NCBI RefSeq assembly: GCF_000012925.1
Contig: NC_007517.1
Location: 70,351-134,350 of the forward strand
Direction: 5' to 3'
Origin: Geobacter metallireducens GS-15
GTDB lineage: Bacteria > Desulfobacterota > Desulfuromonadia > Geobacterales > Geobacteraceae
Length of the DNA: 64,000 nt
In this document: piece after piece, positions 25,378 through 33,319 of the stretch
Position numbering within the stretch: the first letter of the stretch is position 1
How the letters are laid out: every line of letters begins with the position of its first letter
The notes under the pieces: model-generated
The model's database searches: none
What the model was told of the DNA's origin: nothing
The model's input: only the letters and a program-made list of their open reading frames with translations
Translations under genes and position numbers: made by a program

Positions 25378-26886
25378 TCAGAGGATGGGGGTCAGCGGCA
25401 GCGACTTCCAGAGGCGCAGCCTGTTCCGCTTGGCCGCCGAGGCGCGGCGGTCCGGGTTGTCCGTGGCCGGATTCCAGCTGTTCTCCGGGCGCATGTCCCG
25501 CTCGATCCGCTCCTCCACCTGGCGGGCCAGGGCGGGGTTGCGGACCATCACCCCCACCTCGGTGTTCAGGTTGGCGGAACGGGGGTCCAGGTTGAAGGTG
25601 CCGACGAACAGAGTCACGCCGTCGATCACCATGGTCTTTGCATGGAGGGCGAAGGTGGGGGGCTTCTCCTTCAGCTTCGGGTAGCGGTCGATCAGCTCCT
25701 GCCGCACGGCCGGGTCCGGGCGGAATTCCCGGATGGTGATCCCCGCCTTCAGGAGCCGGTTGCGCTGCTTCCGGTAGCCGCTGAAGGCCTGGAGGTTGTC
25801 GGTGGCGGCCAGGGAGTTGGTGACGATCCGCACCTCCACCCCGCGCCGGATCAGCTTCCGGAACAGCTCCACGCCCCCCTCGGGCATGACCAGGTAGGGG
25901 GACTGGATGGTGACCCGCCGCTTGGCCCGGCTCACCGCGTCCACCAGGGCCGCCGTGCTCCGGCCGCCGCCCCCCAGTCCCTCCCGGCCGCTGTTCTTTC
26001 CCGGCAGGTCCGAGATGAAGCGGGCCTCGTCCCAGACCATCTCCCGCAGCAGCCCGTCGAACCTGCGGGGGAGGTTCTGGAGCGCCTGGCGGACCTCCGG
26101 GGCGAAGTTTTCCGGCTTCCCGGCATAGGCGTGGAGGCCGGCATAGACCTGGCCGGTCCGCTCCGGCGTCATCTTCTTCATGGGCTTTTTCAGCAGCTTC
26201 TCCACCGGCACAGCCAGGGGGCTCTCCCAGAAACGGGCGAAGCTCGCCTCCGCCTCGGCCACAGTCGGGCCGAGCATCAGCATGTCCCGGTCCCGGAAGG
26301 TGTACTCCTGGTCGAAATCGTAGTACTCGTCGGCCATGTTGCGGCCGCCGGTGATCCCCACCATGCCGTCGAAGAGGGCGGTCTTGTCGTGCATCCGCTG
26401 GTTCACGGAACGGAAGCCGGTCACAACGTTGGCGAACCGCTTCACCTTCGAGGTTCCCACCGTCATCTTCGGGTTGTAGATCCGGATGTCGATGTTGGGG
26501 TGACGGGCCAGGGCCAGGAGCGATTCCGGCGGCGCGTCGATGAGGAGGTCATCCACCAGCACCCGCACCCGTATCCCCCGCTCCGCCGCCCGCAGCAACG
26601 CCTCCGAGGCCAGGATGCCGATGTTGTCGCTGCTCCAGATGAAATACTGGACGTCGATGCTCTTCGTGGCGTGGTCCGCGAGCCACGCCCGGGCCAGGAG
26701 CGACTCTTCCCCCTTTTCCAAGACATAGAGGCCGGTCTTGCCGGGGTGGGCAGACAGCAGGGGCTGGATGCTCCGGGCCAGGGGAAGCGTTACCGGGGTG
26801 GTTTCGGCGGCTGACAGGCGTGCGCCGGGAACGGCGGTGAGTATGAGAAGGAGTGACAGGGTGATAAGGAGCAGAGGTCGGATCAT
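25378..26886 (-). CDS. secreted phospholipase D-family protein (Cls-like, two HKD motifs)
   Basis: Signal peptide MIRPLLLITLSLLLILTAV. HKD motifs HDKTALFDGMVGITGGRNM and HAKTMVIDGVTLFVGTFNLDPRS. Confidence 0.8.
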   Translation of the reverse strand: MIRPLLLITLSLLLILTAVPGARLSAAETTPVTLPLARSIQPLLSAHPGKTGLYVLEKGEESLLARAWLADHATKSIDVQYFIWSSDNIGILASEALLRAAERGIRVRVLVDDLLIDAPPESLLALARHPNIDIRIYNPKMTVGTSKVKRFANVVTGFRSVNQRMHDKTALFDGMVGITGGRNMADEYYDFDQEYTFRDRDMLMLGPTVAEAEASFARFWESPLAVPVEKLLKKPMKKMTPERTGQVYAGLHAYAGKPENFAPEVRQALQNLPRRFDGLLREMVWDEARFISDLPGKNSGREGLGGGGRSTAALVDAVSRAKRRVTIQSPYLVMPEGGVELFRKLIRRGVEVRIVTNSLAATDNLQAFSGYRKQRNRLLKAGITIREFRPDPAVRQELIDRYPKLKEKPPTFALHAKTMVIDGVTLFVGTFNLDPRSANLNTEVGVMVRNPALARQVEERIERDMRPENSWNPATDNPDRRASAAKRNRLRLWKSLPLTPIL

Positions 26887-27020
26887 TACAAAGAGCCTCG
26901 TTTCAATTGTCGGGAAGAGCGCGCAAAAAGGGCAGTCCCGCAGCAGTTTCGGCAGTTTTGGGGACAGTTTATTTCTCTGTCGAATAACCTGTCCCCAGAC
27001 AGAGAATGTCATAGTTTCTT

Positions 27021-27911
27021 CTACCTGCGCTGCAATGCGATGTATCTCGCTACATCATCCCATTTGACAGAGAAATCAATCAATTCTCGTTTGACTTCGA
27101 ATTTAGTCTGCGCTGATGGAGTGGTACGGGCGAATTCCATAAGCCCACGTCGAGGGGCAATTGCTCCAGCCAGCAAATTTTCTGTGGTCTGCGCCAAATC
27201 TGATGGGCTCATACCAAGTAAAGTCGCCGGACTCGAAGAAGGATAAAGTAGGTTTGATAAATTGTGCGTTGCCGGTTGAAACTCGGGTACCTTGGGTACT
27301 TGGGTCTCTTTGTAATTTGGTTTTAACAGCAGTTTCTCTCTTCCCAGCAGCTTTTCTCTGAATTCCTTCGATACTCTGCTCTGTCCAGGGGAAACCCTTG
27401 ATTCCATTTTGCACGCCCTATGTAACGCCGGGCCTATGGCTGTCACAAACGTATCTCCTCGTGGCCCTATTTTGGCCAATATCAATTTCCCATGGTGCAG
27501 AATTGTTTTAGTCAAAAAATGATATTTACTGAAGGTTGCATCGAGAGATTTCATCTGTAGAGCTGCTATTCGGCAGTAATATGCGGCATAAAGAACAGAG
27601 AGTGCGTTCACTTTGTCTGCTCTGAAATAGGCAATGATGCTATCTCCGACATATTCGACCTGATCATCGTCAGCGCCAAATTCGCGGGATATTTCATCAA
27701 CCGAGGAAAGAAAAGTATGAGCTAGCTTGAGATATGTCTTATGAGTCCGCGTCCAGGTGAATAACGTCGAATCAACGAGGTCAATTTTGAGCATGTAGAA
27801 CTCACGCTCGGTCCCCTCACCGCGTTTCAAGGCAGATGGAACTTTGTCTACAATTCCGCCGGCAGCCTCGTTATAATGTTTATTTATAATCTCATCGATT
27901 GTCTTAGCCAT
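27021..27911 (-). CDS. class III nucleotidyl cyclase homology-domain protein (cyclase B), low GC
   Basis: 296 aa. CHD motifs KIDLVDSTLFT, YVGDSIIAYF and GDTFVTAIGPALHRACKMES. Confidence 0.7.
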   Translation of the reverse strand: MAKTIDEIINKHYNEAAGGIVDKVPSALKRGEGTEREFYMLKIDLVDSTLFTWTRTHKTYLKLAHTFLSSVDEISREFGADDDQVEYVGDSIIAYFRADKVNALSVLYAAYYCRIAALQMKSLDATFSKYHFLTKTILHHGKLILAKIGPRGDTFVTAIGPALHRACKMESRVSPGQSRVSKEFREKLLGREKLLLKPNYKETQVPKVPEFQPATHNLSNLLYPSSSPATLLGMSPSDLAQTTENLLAGAIAPRRGLMEFARTTPSAQTKFEVKRELIDFSVKWDDVARYIALQRR

Positions 27912-28372
27912 TGTCAGATACCCTGGGTTGCTGGTTATTTACTACAGTAATACAGAAACAACATCCGACCCCAAAAACCACAGACGAGCCATGCCATTAC
28001 AAGAATATATGCCCATTTCAATCTAACTTCTTTCATGTCTCTAATGTATGCCAGCTTCATTTGCTCAAACACCAATTCTTGTTTGATGGCATCAATGGTG
28101 TCTGGAAGTTTTTTGACATAGTCCTCCAAGCGTACCTTCGAGGAAATATCCCTATTGATAAATGCATCACGTAATCCAAGATCGTACAACCCATCATTGT
28201 AGAAAGTCCCGATGGGGCAGTCCGTGAAAGTAACGTGGGATTTTGGATTGTGAATTGCCATTACGGACCGCATTGCAGCAACGAAGGCAGCAAACCATGT
28301 ACAAAGGAACAACATAATTAGCGCCCAAAGTTGCCACTGGCCAGGCCCACAATATACAGTCTGATGTAGTTT

Positions 28373-28380
28373 CGAAAAAT
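28373..28380. repeat. 8-bp target-site duplication CGAAAAAT (left copy)
   Basis: Identical octamer directly abuts both ends of the ISL3 element. Confidence 0.7.
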
Positions 28381-29752
28381 GCCTCGTCCGCAGAATCTGT
28401 GGGTAGTTGGCTGAAAAAATAAGGGCATTGCCCCTCCGTGAAGGATAAGATTGTTTTTGCGAGAAACGATCAAGTCCGACACGGGAGAAGCAATGCTTAT
28501 CAAGACTGTACTGAACAAGTTCGAGCGTTTCAAGTCCTTCATTTACGGAGATTGCCGACTGGCGAAAGTCGGCGGCTCAGAAGCACTGGTCATTGACATC
28601 AAGGCTCGTCGCAACAGCAAGCCCGAATGCCCGGAATGTGGCAAGCGAGGCAAGACATACGACACGCAACCGGCCCGACTGTTCGAGTATGTGCCGATCT
28701 GGGCGTTCAAGGTCTTCTTTCGCTACGCTCCCCGTCGGGTTCTGTGCCCAATCCATGGGGTAAAGGTTGAATCCCTCCCCTGGGGGTATGGCAAAGAGCA
28801 AATGACGATCTCGTACCAGGTCTATCTTGCCCGGTGGGCTCGGCGACTCTCCTGGAAGGAAGTTGCCGAAATCTTTAAGACCAGTTGGGACAGCATCTTT
28901 CGGGCGGTGCAGTATGCTGTCGATTACGGCCTGGCAAACAGAAACCTTGATGGCGTTACGGAAATCGGTGTTGATGAAATTGCCGTCTTCAAGGGCCATC
29001 AGTATCTTACGATGGTCTATCAGCTCAATGCCGGCGTCAGGCGTCTTCTCTGGTGTGGTCCGCAACGTCGGATAAGAACGCTACTGCGCTTCTTTCGGGA
29101 ATTCGGCAAAGAACGCAGCGCCAAGCTCAAGTATGTCTGCAGCGACATGTGGGCACCGTATCTCAAGGTTATCGCCAAGCGGGCACCCAATGCCGTGAAC
29201 ATCCTCGACCGCTTCCACATCATGCGGAAGTTTAACGAAGCGATTGACGAGGTTCGGCGCACCGAAGCCAAGGAGTTCAAGGCCGCCAAGCAGGAGAACG
29301 TCCTGGAAAAGGGCCGTTGGTTGCTGCTGAAACGGCCGGAAAATCTGTCCGAGAAGCAGACGTCACGATTGGGAGATTTGCTCAAGCTCAACCTCTCATC
29401 AATCAAGGCATATCTGCTGCGCGAGGACTTTCAGCAGTTCTGGGACTACCAGCGGTCTGACTTTGCTGGCAAGTTCCTCGACGACTGGGTCATCAGGACA
29501 ATGCAAACTGACCTGGAACCGATGAAGAAGGTTGCCAGGATGTTACGCAACCACAAACCGATGATTCTCAACTGGTTCAAGGCAAAAGGCCGACTTTCCA
29601 GCGGCGCGGTAGAGGGTCTGAACCTCAAAGCAAAACTGACTATCAGAAAAGCGTACGGTTTCCGAACCATCAAGTGCCTGCAAGTGGCGCTATATCACAC
29701 ACTTGGCGACTTGCCAGAACCCCTGTGTCACCACAGATTCTGCTAAAGAGCC
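28381..29752 (+). mobile_element. ISL3-family insertion sequence (1372 bp)
   Basis: Imperfect 22-bp terminal inverted repeats (gcctcgtccgcagaatctgtgg versus the reverse complement ggctctttagcagaatctgtgg, 17/22 identical). The right terminus ends in GGCTCTT on the reverse strand. 8-bp direct repeats and a single transposase ORF are present. Confidence 0.85.
28493..29746 (+). CDS. ISL3-family transposase
   Basis: 417 aa from the ATG (RBS gggaga). N-terminal zinc ribbon CPECGKRG and a DDE transposase core typical of ISL3 (IS1165/IS204 type). Confidence 0.85.
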   Translation: MLIKTVLNKFERFKSFIYGDCRLAKVGGSEALVIDIKARRNSKPECPECGKRGKTYDTQPARLFEYVPIWAFKVFFRYAPRRVLCPIHGVKVESLPWGYGKEQMTISYQVYLARWARRLSWKEVAEIFKTSWDSIFRAVQYAVDYGLANRNLDGVTEIGVDEIAVFKGHQYLTMVYQLNAGVRRLLWCGPQRRIRTLLRFFREFGKERSAKLKYVCSDMWAPYLKVIAKRAPNAVNILDRFHIMRKFNEAIDEVRRTEAKEFKAAKQENVLEKGRWLLLKRPENLSEKQTSRLGDLLKLNLSSIKAYLLREDFQQFWDYQRSDFAGKFLDDWVIRTMQTDLEPMKKVARMLRNHKPMILNWFKAKGRLSSGAVEGLNLKAKLTIRKAYGFRTIKCLQVALYHTLGDLPEPLCHHRFC

Positions 29753-29760
29753 CGAAAAAT
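29753..29760. repeat. 8-bp target-site duplication CGAAAAAT (right copy)
   Basis: See left copy. Confidence 0.7.
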
Positions 29761-29969
29761 TGAGATATATCTTTCCTGAATTAGTAAGTGCCAAGATCAA
29801 TATGCCCATCACAACAGCTGCTTTGGTGTCATTAACCCTAATAGCAGATTGAATATCTGTGATCGAGGCGTATAGGAATGCCAATATTTTTCCATCATTC
29901 TCTTTGCTCATTATCATTACCCTTTAACACCCCTTGTGCTTATCACTCAATGGCTTGCAAAATGTACTA

Positions 29970-30644
29970 TTAACCTCGATTCTTACGCTGTAGCAATGGA
30001 GGATGCAGTATTCGTTTTGTTACATTTTGTGGTTCTATACTCATGAGTTTCATGCAACTGACTCTCCTACTACCTGCAATATTACGAAGGGTTCTCTCTA
30101 CCTCGGTAAAACGCCACTGTATAGTATCTTGTTTGATAGAATTGTAAAGATTTTTGGTCATCAGCATCTTATTAGCAGGATTCTTGTCGCGATCTTTTAT
30201 TGCGCTTTGCAACCTACATGCAACGTTCAGTGGCCGTCCCACATATTCGTCACGATGGTTCAACCTTATCTTGATTAACCGTCCGCGATCCATTCCGATT
30301 GTTAGACCTATAATTTCTGGTGGAGTTTCTAAAACCGGGTGGATTTTCTGCTCATAGAGATGTTTAAACGTGGTGCACAATTTTCGAATGAATGGAAGAA
30401 GCTTTTCTCCGTCAATATTGTGATCAAATAGAAGAATCCAGCCATCGCCAGTGAAGTTATAGAGTCGGAAAGGAAAGTTATCTCCTTGTTCTACGATGAA
30501 TTTCTTTACACCTATCAACAAATTACGCCATTTTTGCAAATTGTCGGTGCGATGAAGATCTTCAAGAATATCTGTAGATGAGCATATGTCGAAAACTAAA
30601 ACAGCGGCCATAACTTCCTGCGCCATGTCAGACTCTTGTGTCAT
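29970..30644 (-). CDS. class III nucleotidyl cyclase homology-domain protein (cyclase A), low GC
   Basis: 224 aa. Motifs VLVFDICSSTD, NFTGDGWILLF and GRPLNVACRLQS, with canonical metal-binding Asp residues and transition-state Asn/Arg. RBS gaggag. Confidence 0.7.
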   Translation of the reverse strand: MTQESDMAQEVMAAVLVFDICSSTDILEDLHRTDNLQKWRNLLIGVKKFIVEQGDNFPFRLYNFTGDGWILLFDHNIDGEKLLPFIRKLCTTFKHLYEQKIHPVLETPPEIIGLTIGMDRGRLIKIRLNHRDEYVGRPLNVACRLQSAIKDRDKNPANKMLMTKNLYNSIKQDTIQWRFTEVERTLRNIAGSRRVSCMKLMSIEPQNVTKRILHPPLLQRKNRG

Positions 30645-30754
30645 TAGTATATTCTCCTCTGTTCAACATAATTATTGAGCGGTTCACGCGCACGCGCGCA
30701 TGAACCGCTCATCCCCCCAAACAGAACATTTCTCCCGTAACAGGATTTCCCGCC

Positions 30755-33247
30755 TCACGCCTGAGGCTGCTTCCCCCCCTTCGCCATCAACGCATTCAAA
30801 TCCACCCCCGGCAGCAGCCGGGTCAACTGCCCCATGAGCCCGTCGCCGGCTGTGCCGCCGCCGGAGACGAGCACATCGGGGACGATCTTGATCTGGCCGT
30901 TTTCGATGGCGGCGGAGATCAGTTCGACGATCTTGATCTGCTTGATGGCGTCTTCGCCGATGGCCTCTTTCTGTTTCGAGTAGGCCTGGGCGGTGGCGTC
31001 GCCGATGGCGGCGATCTTTGACGCCTCGCCGTCGCCGATGGCCTTCAGCCGCTTCCCTTCGCCGGTCCCTTCCAGGGCCTGGGCTTCGGCGGTACCTTCG
31101 GCCAGGGTGATCATCTCGGCCTTCTTCTGGGTGGCCACCTTCACGGCGATCTCAGACGCCACGAGGGTAGGCTGCTGGTCGGCGGTGGCCCGCATCTTCT
31201 CCATCTCGGTCCGCTCGGCCTGGGAGCGCTGCTCCATCTTGTACATCTCCTGCTGCTGCTCGGCGATGATCCGCTTGGTCTGGGTCTCCATCAGGTCTTC
31301 GGGGAGCTTGATCTGGCATATGAGTACGGAGACACACTCCACATGGTACCTCTCCAGGTCGATGCGGGCACGGCTCTCGGCTTTGGACTGCTCTTCGGAG
31401 CGGCTCTGGAGGAAGTTCATGGCCGAGGCGGTAGAGGCCTGGTTGCGGAAGGAGGAGTCGATCATGGGGTGGATGACGTGCTGGATCAGGTTGTCGATGG
31501 ATCCCACCTTTGCCACCATGTAGGGGGCCTGGTCGGGCCGGACGCGGATGACCACCTTAACCGCCACCTGGATGGGGAAGCCGTCCTTGGAGATGACGGT
31601 GAGCTGGTCGAAACGGGTGTCCTCCTGGTCGTCCCAGTCGATGGTGATGTTGGTGGTGTCGATGATGTAGCACATGAAGGCCCGGCGGTTCAGGTAGTAA
31701 CGGCCGGGTCCGGCCACCTCCTCCTGGATCCCCCGGAACCCCTTGGGGACCACGTACTTCTCTTTCCCCTCCTCGATGGAGGCGCCGGTCTGGGATGAGC
31801 CGAGCCGCTTCTTCATCTCCTCCGTCGGGTCATCCCCCACGTTGGAGACGATGACCCCCACCTGGCCCCGCTCCACCACGGCCACATCGTCAATGGCGAC
31901 GCTGAACATGAGGGGGTTGATGTAGTAGGTGCCGGGGCGAAGGACGTCGAGCTGCGGTCCCCGCTGGCCGCTCTTGGTGAGGAAGGCGGAGCCGTCCTGG
32001 TAGTCGTTGTGGCCGGTGATGGGGGAGGCGACATACTCCCGCTCCGGCAGGGGGATGCCGTCCAGGGCGGTGACCAGACCGATCTTGTTGGCCTCCACGA
32101 CCGCCGCCGGGGCGATCTGGATCTGGAACAGGTTCAGGTTGATCCGGTAGGTACCGGGGAGGAGCACGTCGATCTGGGGCCCCTTCTGGCCGCCGTTTTT
32201 CAGGAATGCCTCGCCGTTCTCGAAGTTGGAGTGCTCCGGCACGCTCTGGGCCAGGAGCCGCCCCATTGGGATCGGTTCGCCGTCCTGGGCCGTGACCATC
32301 CCCACCTCACCCTTGGCGATGACCACCGCCGCCGCCTTCATGATGCGGAAGAGATTGGGATGGATCCGGTAGACCCCCGGCGGCAGGATTTCGATCTGGG
32401 GTCCCTTCTGGCCGCCGTTCTTGATGAATGCCTCGCCGTCCTGAAAGGAGTTGTGCCCCGGCACCACGTTGGCGAAGATCCGCCCCGCGGGGATGGCCGA
32501 GCCGTCCGACGACTCCACCATGCCGATCTCCCCTTCGCTGATCTTGGTGGCGAGGCTCTTGGTGACCTTGAAGAGGTAGGGGTTGATCCGGTAGTTGCCC
32601 GGCGGGATGATCTCGATCTGGGGCCCCTTCTGGCCGCCGTTCTTGATGAACGCCTCGCCGTTTTGGAAGGAGGCGTGCCCCTCCACCGCCCTGGCGAAGA
32701 TTTTACCCTCGGGGATGGCGGCGCCATCCACCGACTCGACGATGCCGATTTCCGTGTCCTTGATCTCGGTGACAGTCCCCTTGGTCAGCTTGAAGAGGTA
32801 GGGGTTGATCCGGTATTTCCCCGGAGGGAGCACCTCGATCTGGGGCCCCTTCTGGCCGCCGTTTTTGATGAAGGCCTCGCCGTCCTGGAAGGAGTTGTGA
32901 CCGGTTACCACCTCGGCGAAAATCCGCCCCGCCGGAATGGCGTTGCCGTCCACCGATTCGATGAGGCCGATCTCGTTGTCGAGGATTTCCGTGAAAACGC
33001 TCTTGGTCGCCTTGTAGATGAAGGGGATGAGGAAATGGAGCCCCGGGCCGAGGGTGCGGGCCTGGATGCCCACCTCGTTCCCCAGGGCCACGACACGTCC
33101 CTGGGGCATCTTGCTCCCGAACCAGCGCCGCTCGATGAGGGCGATTTCGTTACCGCCGACAATGACGATTGAGGCATAGAGGAGGACGGCAATGGGCACC
33201 AGTGCGGCAAAGTACCCCCAGTGGTCAAGAACGACATTTAATAACAT
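30755..33247 (-). CDS. flotillin-like SPFH/band-7 protein with tandemly repeated N-terminal modules
   Basis: 830 aa. N-terminal TM segment, five or more ~75-aa repeats (IGxVESxDGxAIPxGRIFAxVVxGHxSFQDGEAFIKNGGQKGPQIExLPPGxYRINPYLF), then an SPFH domain and a flotillin C-terminal coiled coil. Confidence 0.8.
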   Translation of the reverse strand: MLLNVVLDHWGYFAALVPIAVLLYASIVIVGGNEIALIERRWFGSKMPQGRVVALGNEVGIQARTLGPGLHFLIPFIYKATKSVFTEILDNEIGLIESVDGNAIPAGRIFAEVVTGHNSFQDGEAFIKNGGQKGPQIEVLPPGKYRINPYLFKLTKGTVTEIKDTEIGIVESVDGAAIPEGKIFARAVEGHASFQNGEAFIKNGGQKGPQIEIIPPGNYRINPYLFKVTKSLATKISEGEIGMVESSDGSAIPAGRIFANVVPGHNSFQDGEAFIKNGGQKGPQIEILPPGVYRIHPNLFRIMKAAAVVIAKGEVGMVTAQDGEPIPMGRLLAQSVPEHSNFENGEAFLKNGGQKGPQIDVLLPGTYRINLNLFQIQIAPAAVVEANKIGLVTALDGIPLPEREYVASPITGHNDYQDGSAFLTKSGQRGPQLDVLRPGTYYINPLMFSVAIDDVAVVERGQVGVIVSNVGDDPTEEMKKRLGSSQTGASIEEGKEKYVVPKGFRGIQEEVAGPGRYYLNRRAFMCYIIDTTNITIDWDDQEDTRFDQLTVISKDGFPIQVAVKVVIRVRPDQAPYMVAKVGSIDNLIQHVIHPMIDSSFRNQASTASAMNFLQSRSEEQSKAESRARIDLERYHVECVSVLICQIKLPEDLMETQTKRIIAEQQQEMYKMEQRSQAERTEMEKMRATADQQPTLVASEIAVKVATQKKAEMITLAEGTAEAQALEGTGEGKRLKAIGDGEASKIAAIGDATAQAYSKQKEAIGEDAIKQIKIVELISAAIENGQIKIVPDVLVSGGGTAGDGLMGQLTRLLPGVDLNALMAKGGKQPQA
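31570..32960. repeat. intragenic tandem coding repeats (~225-240 bp units) within the flotillin-like gene
   Basis: The repeated protein module is reflected at DNA level. It gives rise to the many spurious long ORFs in the other frames of this interval. Confidence 0.6.
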
Positions 33248-33319
33248 TCGGATTCCTTTCGTGGTGCGGATGTGAGAGGGATGGGGGGCAATGCCCCTAG
33301 GACTGTTTTAATGGGCACG

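Larger units (their letters stand above)
27935..29917 (-). pseudogene. 3-TM membrane protein gene split in frame by an ISL3 insertion (N-terminal fragment 29753-29917, C-terminal fragment 27935-28372)
   Basis: Removing the IS plus one copy of the 8-bp duplication joins ...GKIYLNFS to KLHQTVYCGPGQWQLWALI-MLFLCTWF... as an uninterrupted 200-codon ORF. The 126-aa ORF 27935-28315 is only its C-terminal part. Confidence 0.7.

Noticed and set aside
25378-26886. PLD-family protein next to the cyclase island as a possible defence nuclease.
   Set aside because: It has normal high GC, a signal peptide and a two-HKD cardiolipin-synthase-like architecture. It is more likely a core envelope enzyme, with the island merely inserted beside it.
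27935-28315. 126-aa small membrane protein as a stand-alone gene.
   Set aside because: It is the C-terminal fragment of a 200-codon ORF interrupted by the ISL3 element. It is annotated as a pseudogene instead.
28577-29406. Minus-strand ORFs (162 aa, 128 aa) inside the ISL3 element.
   Set aside because: They are antisense to the well-supported transposase and show no motifs.
31570-32960. Regular DNA repeats that might suggest a CRISPR array.
   Set aside because: The units are ~230 bp, they are coding, and they translate into the flotillin repeat module. There are no short repeat/spacer periodicity and no cas genes.
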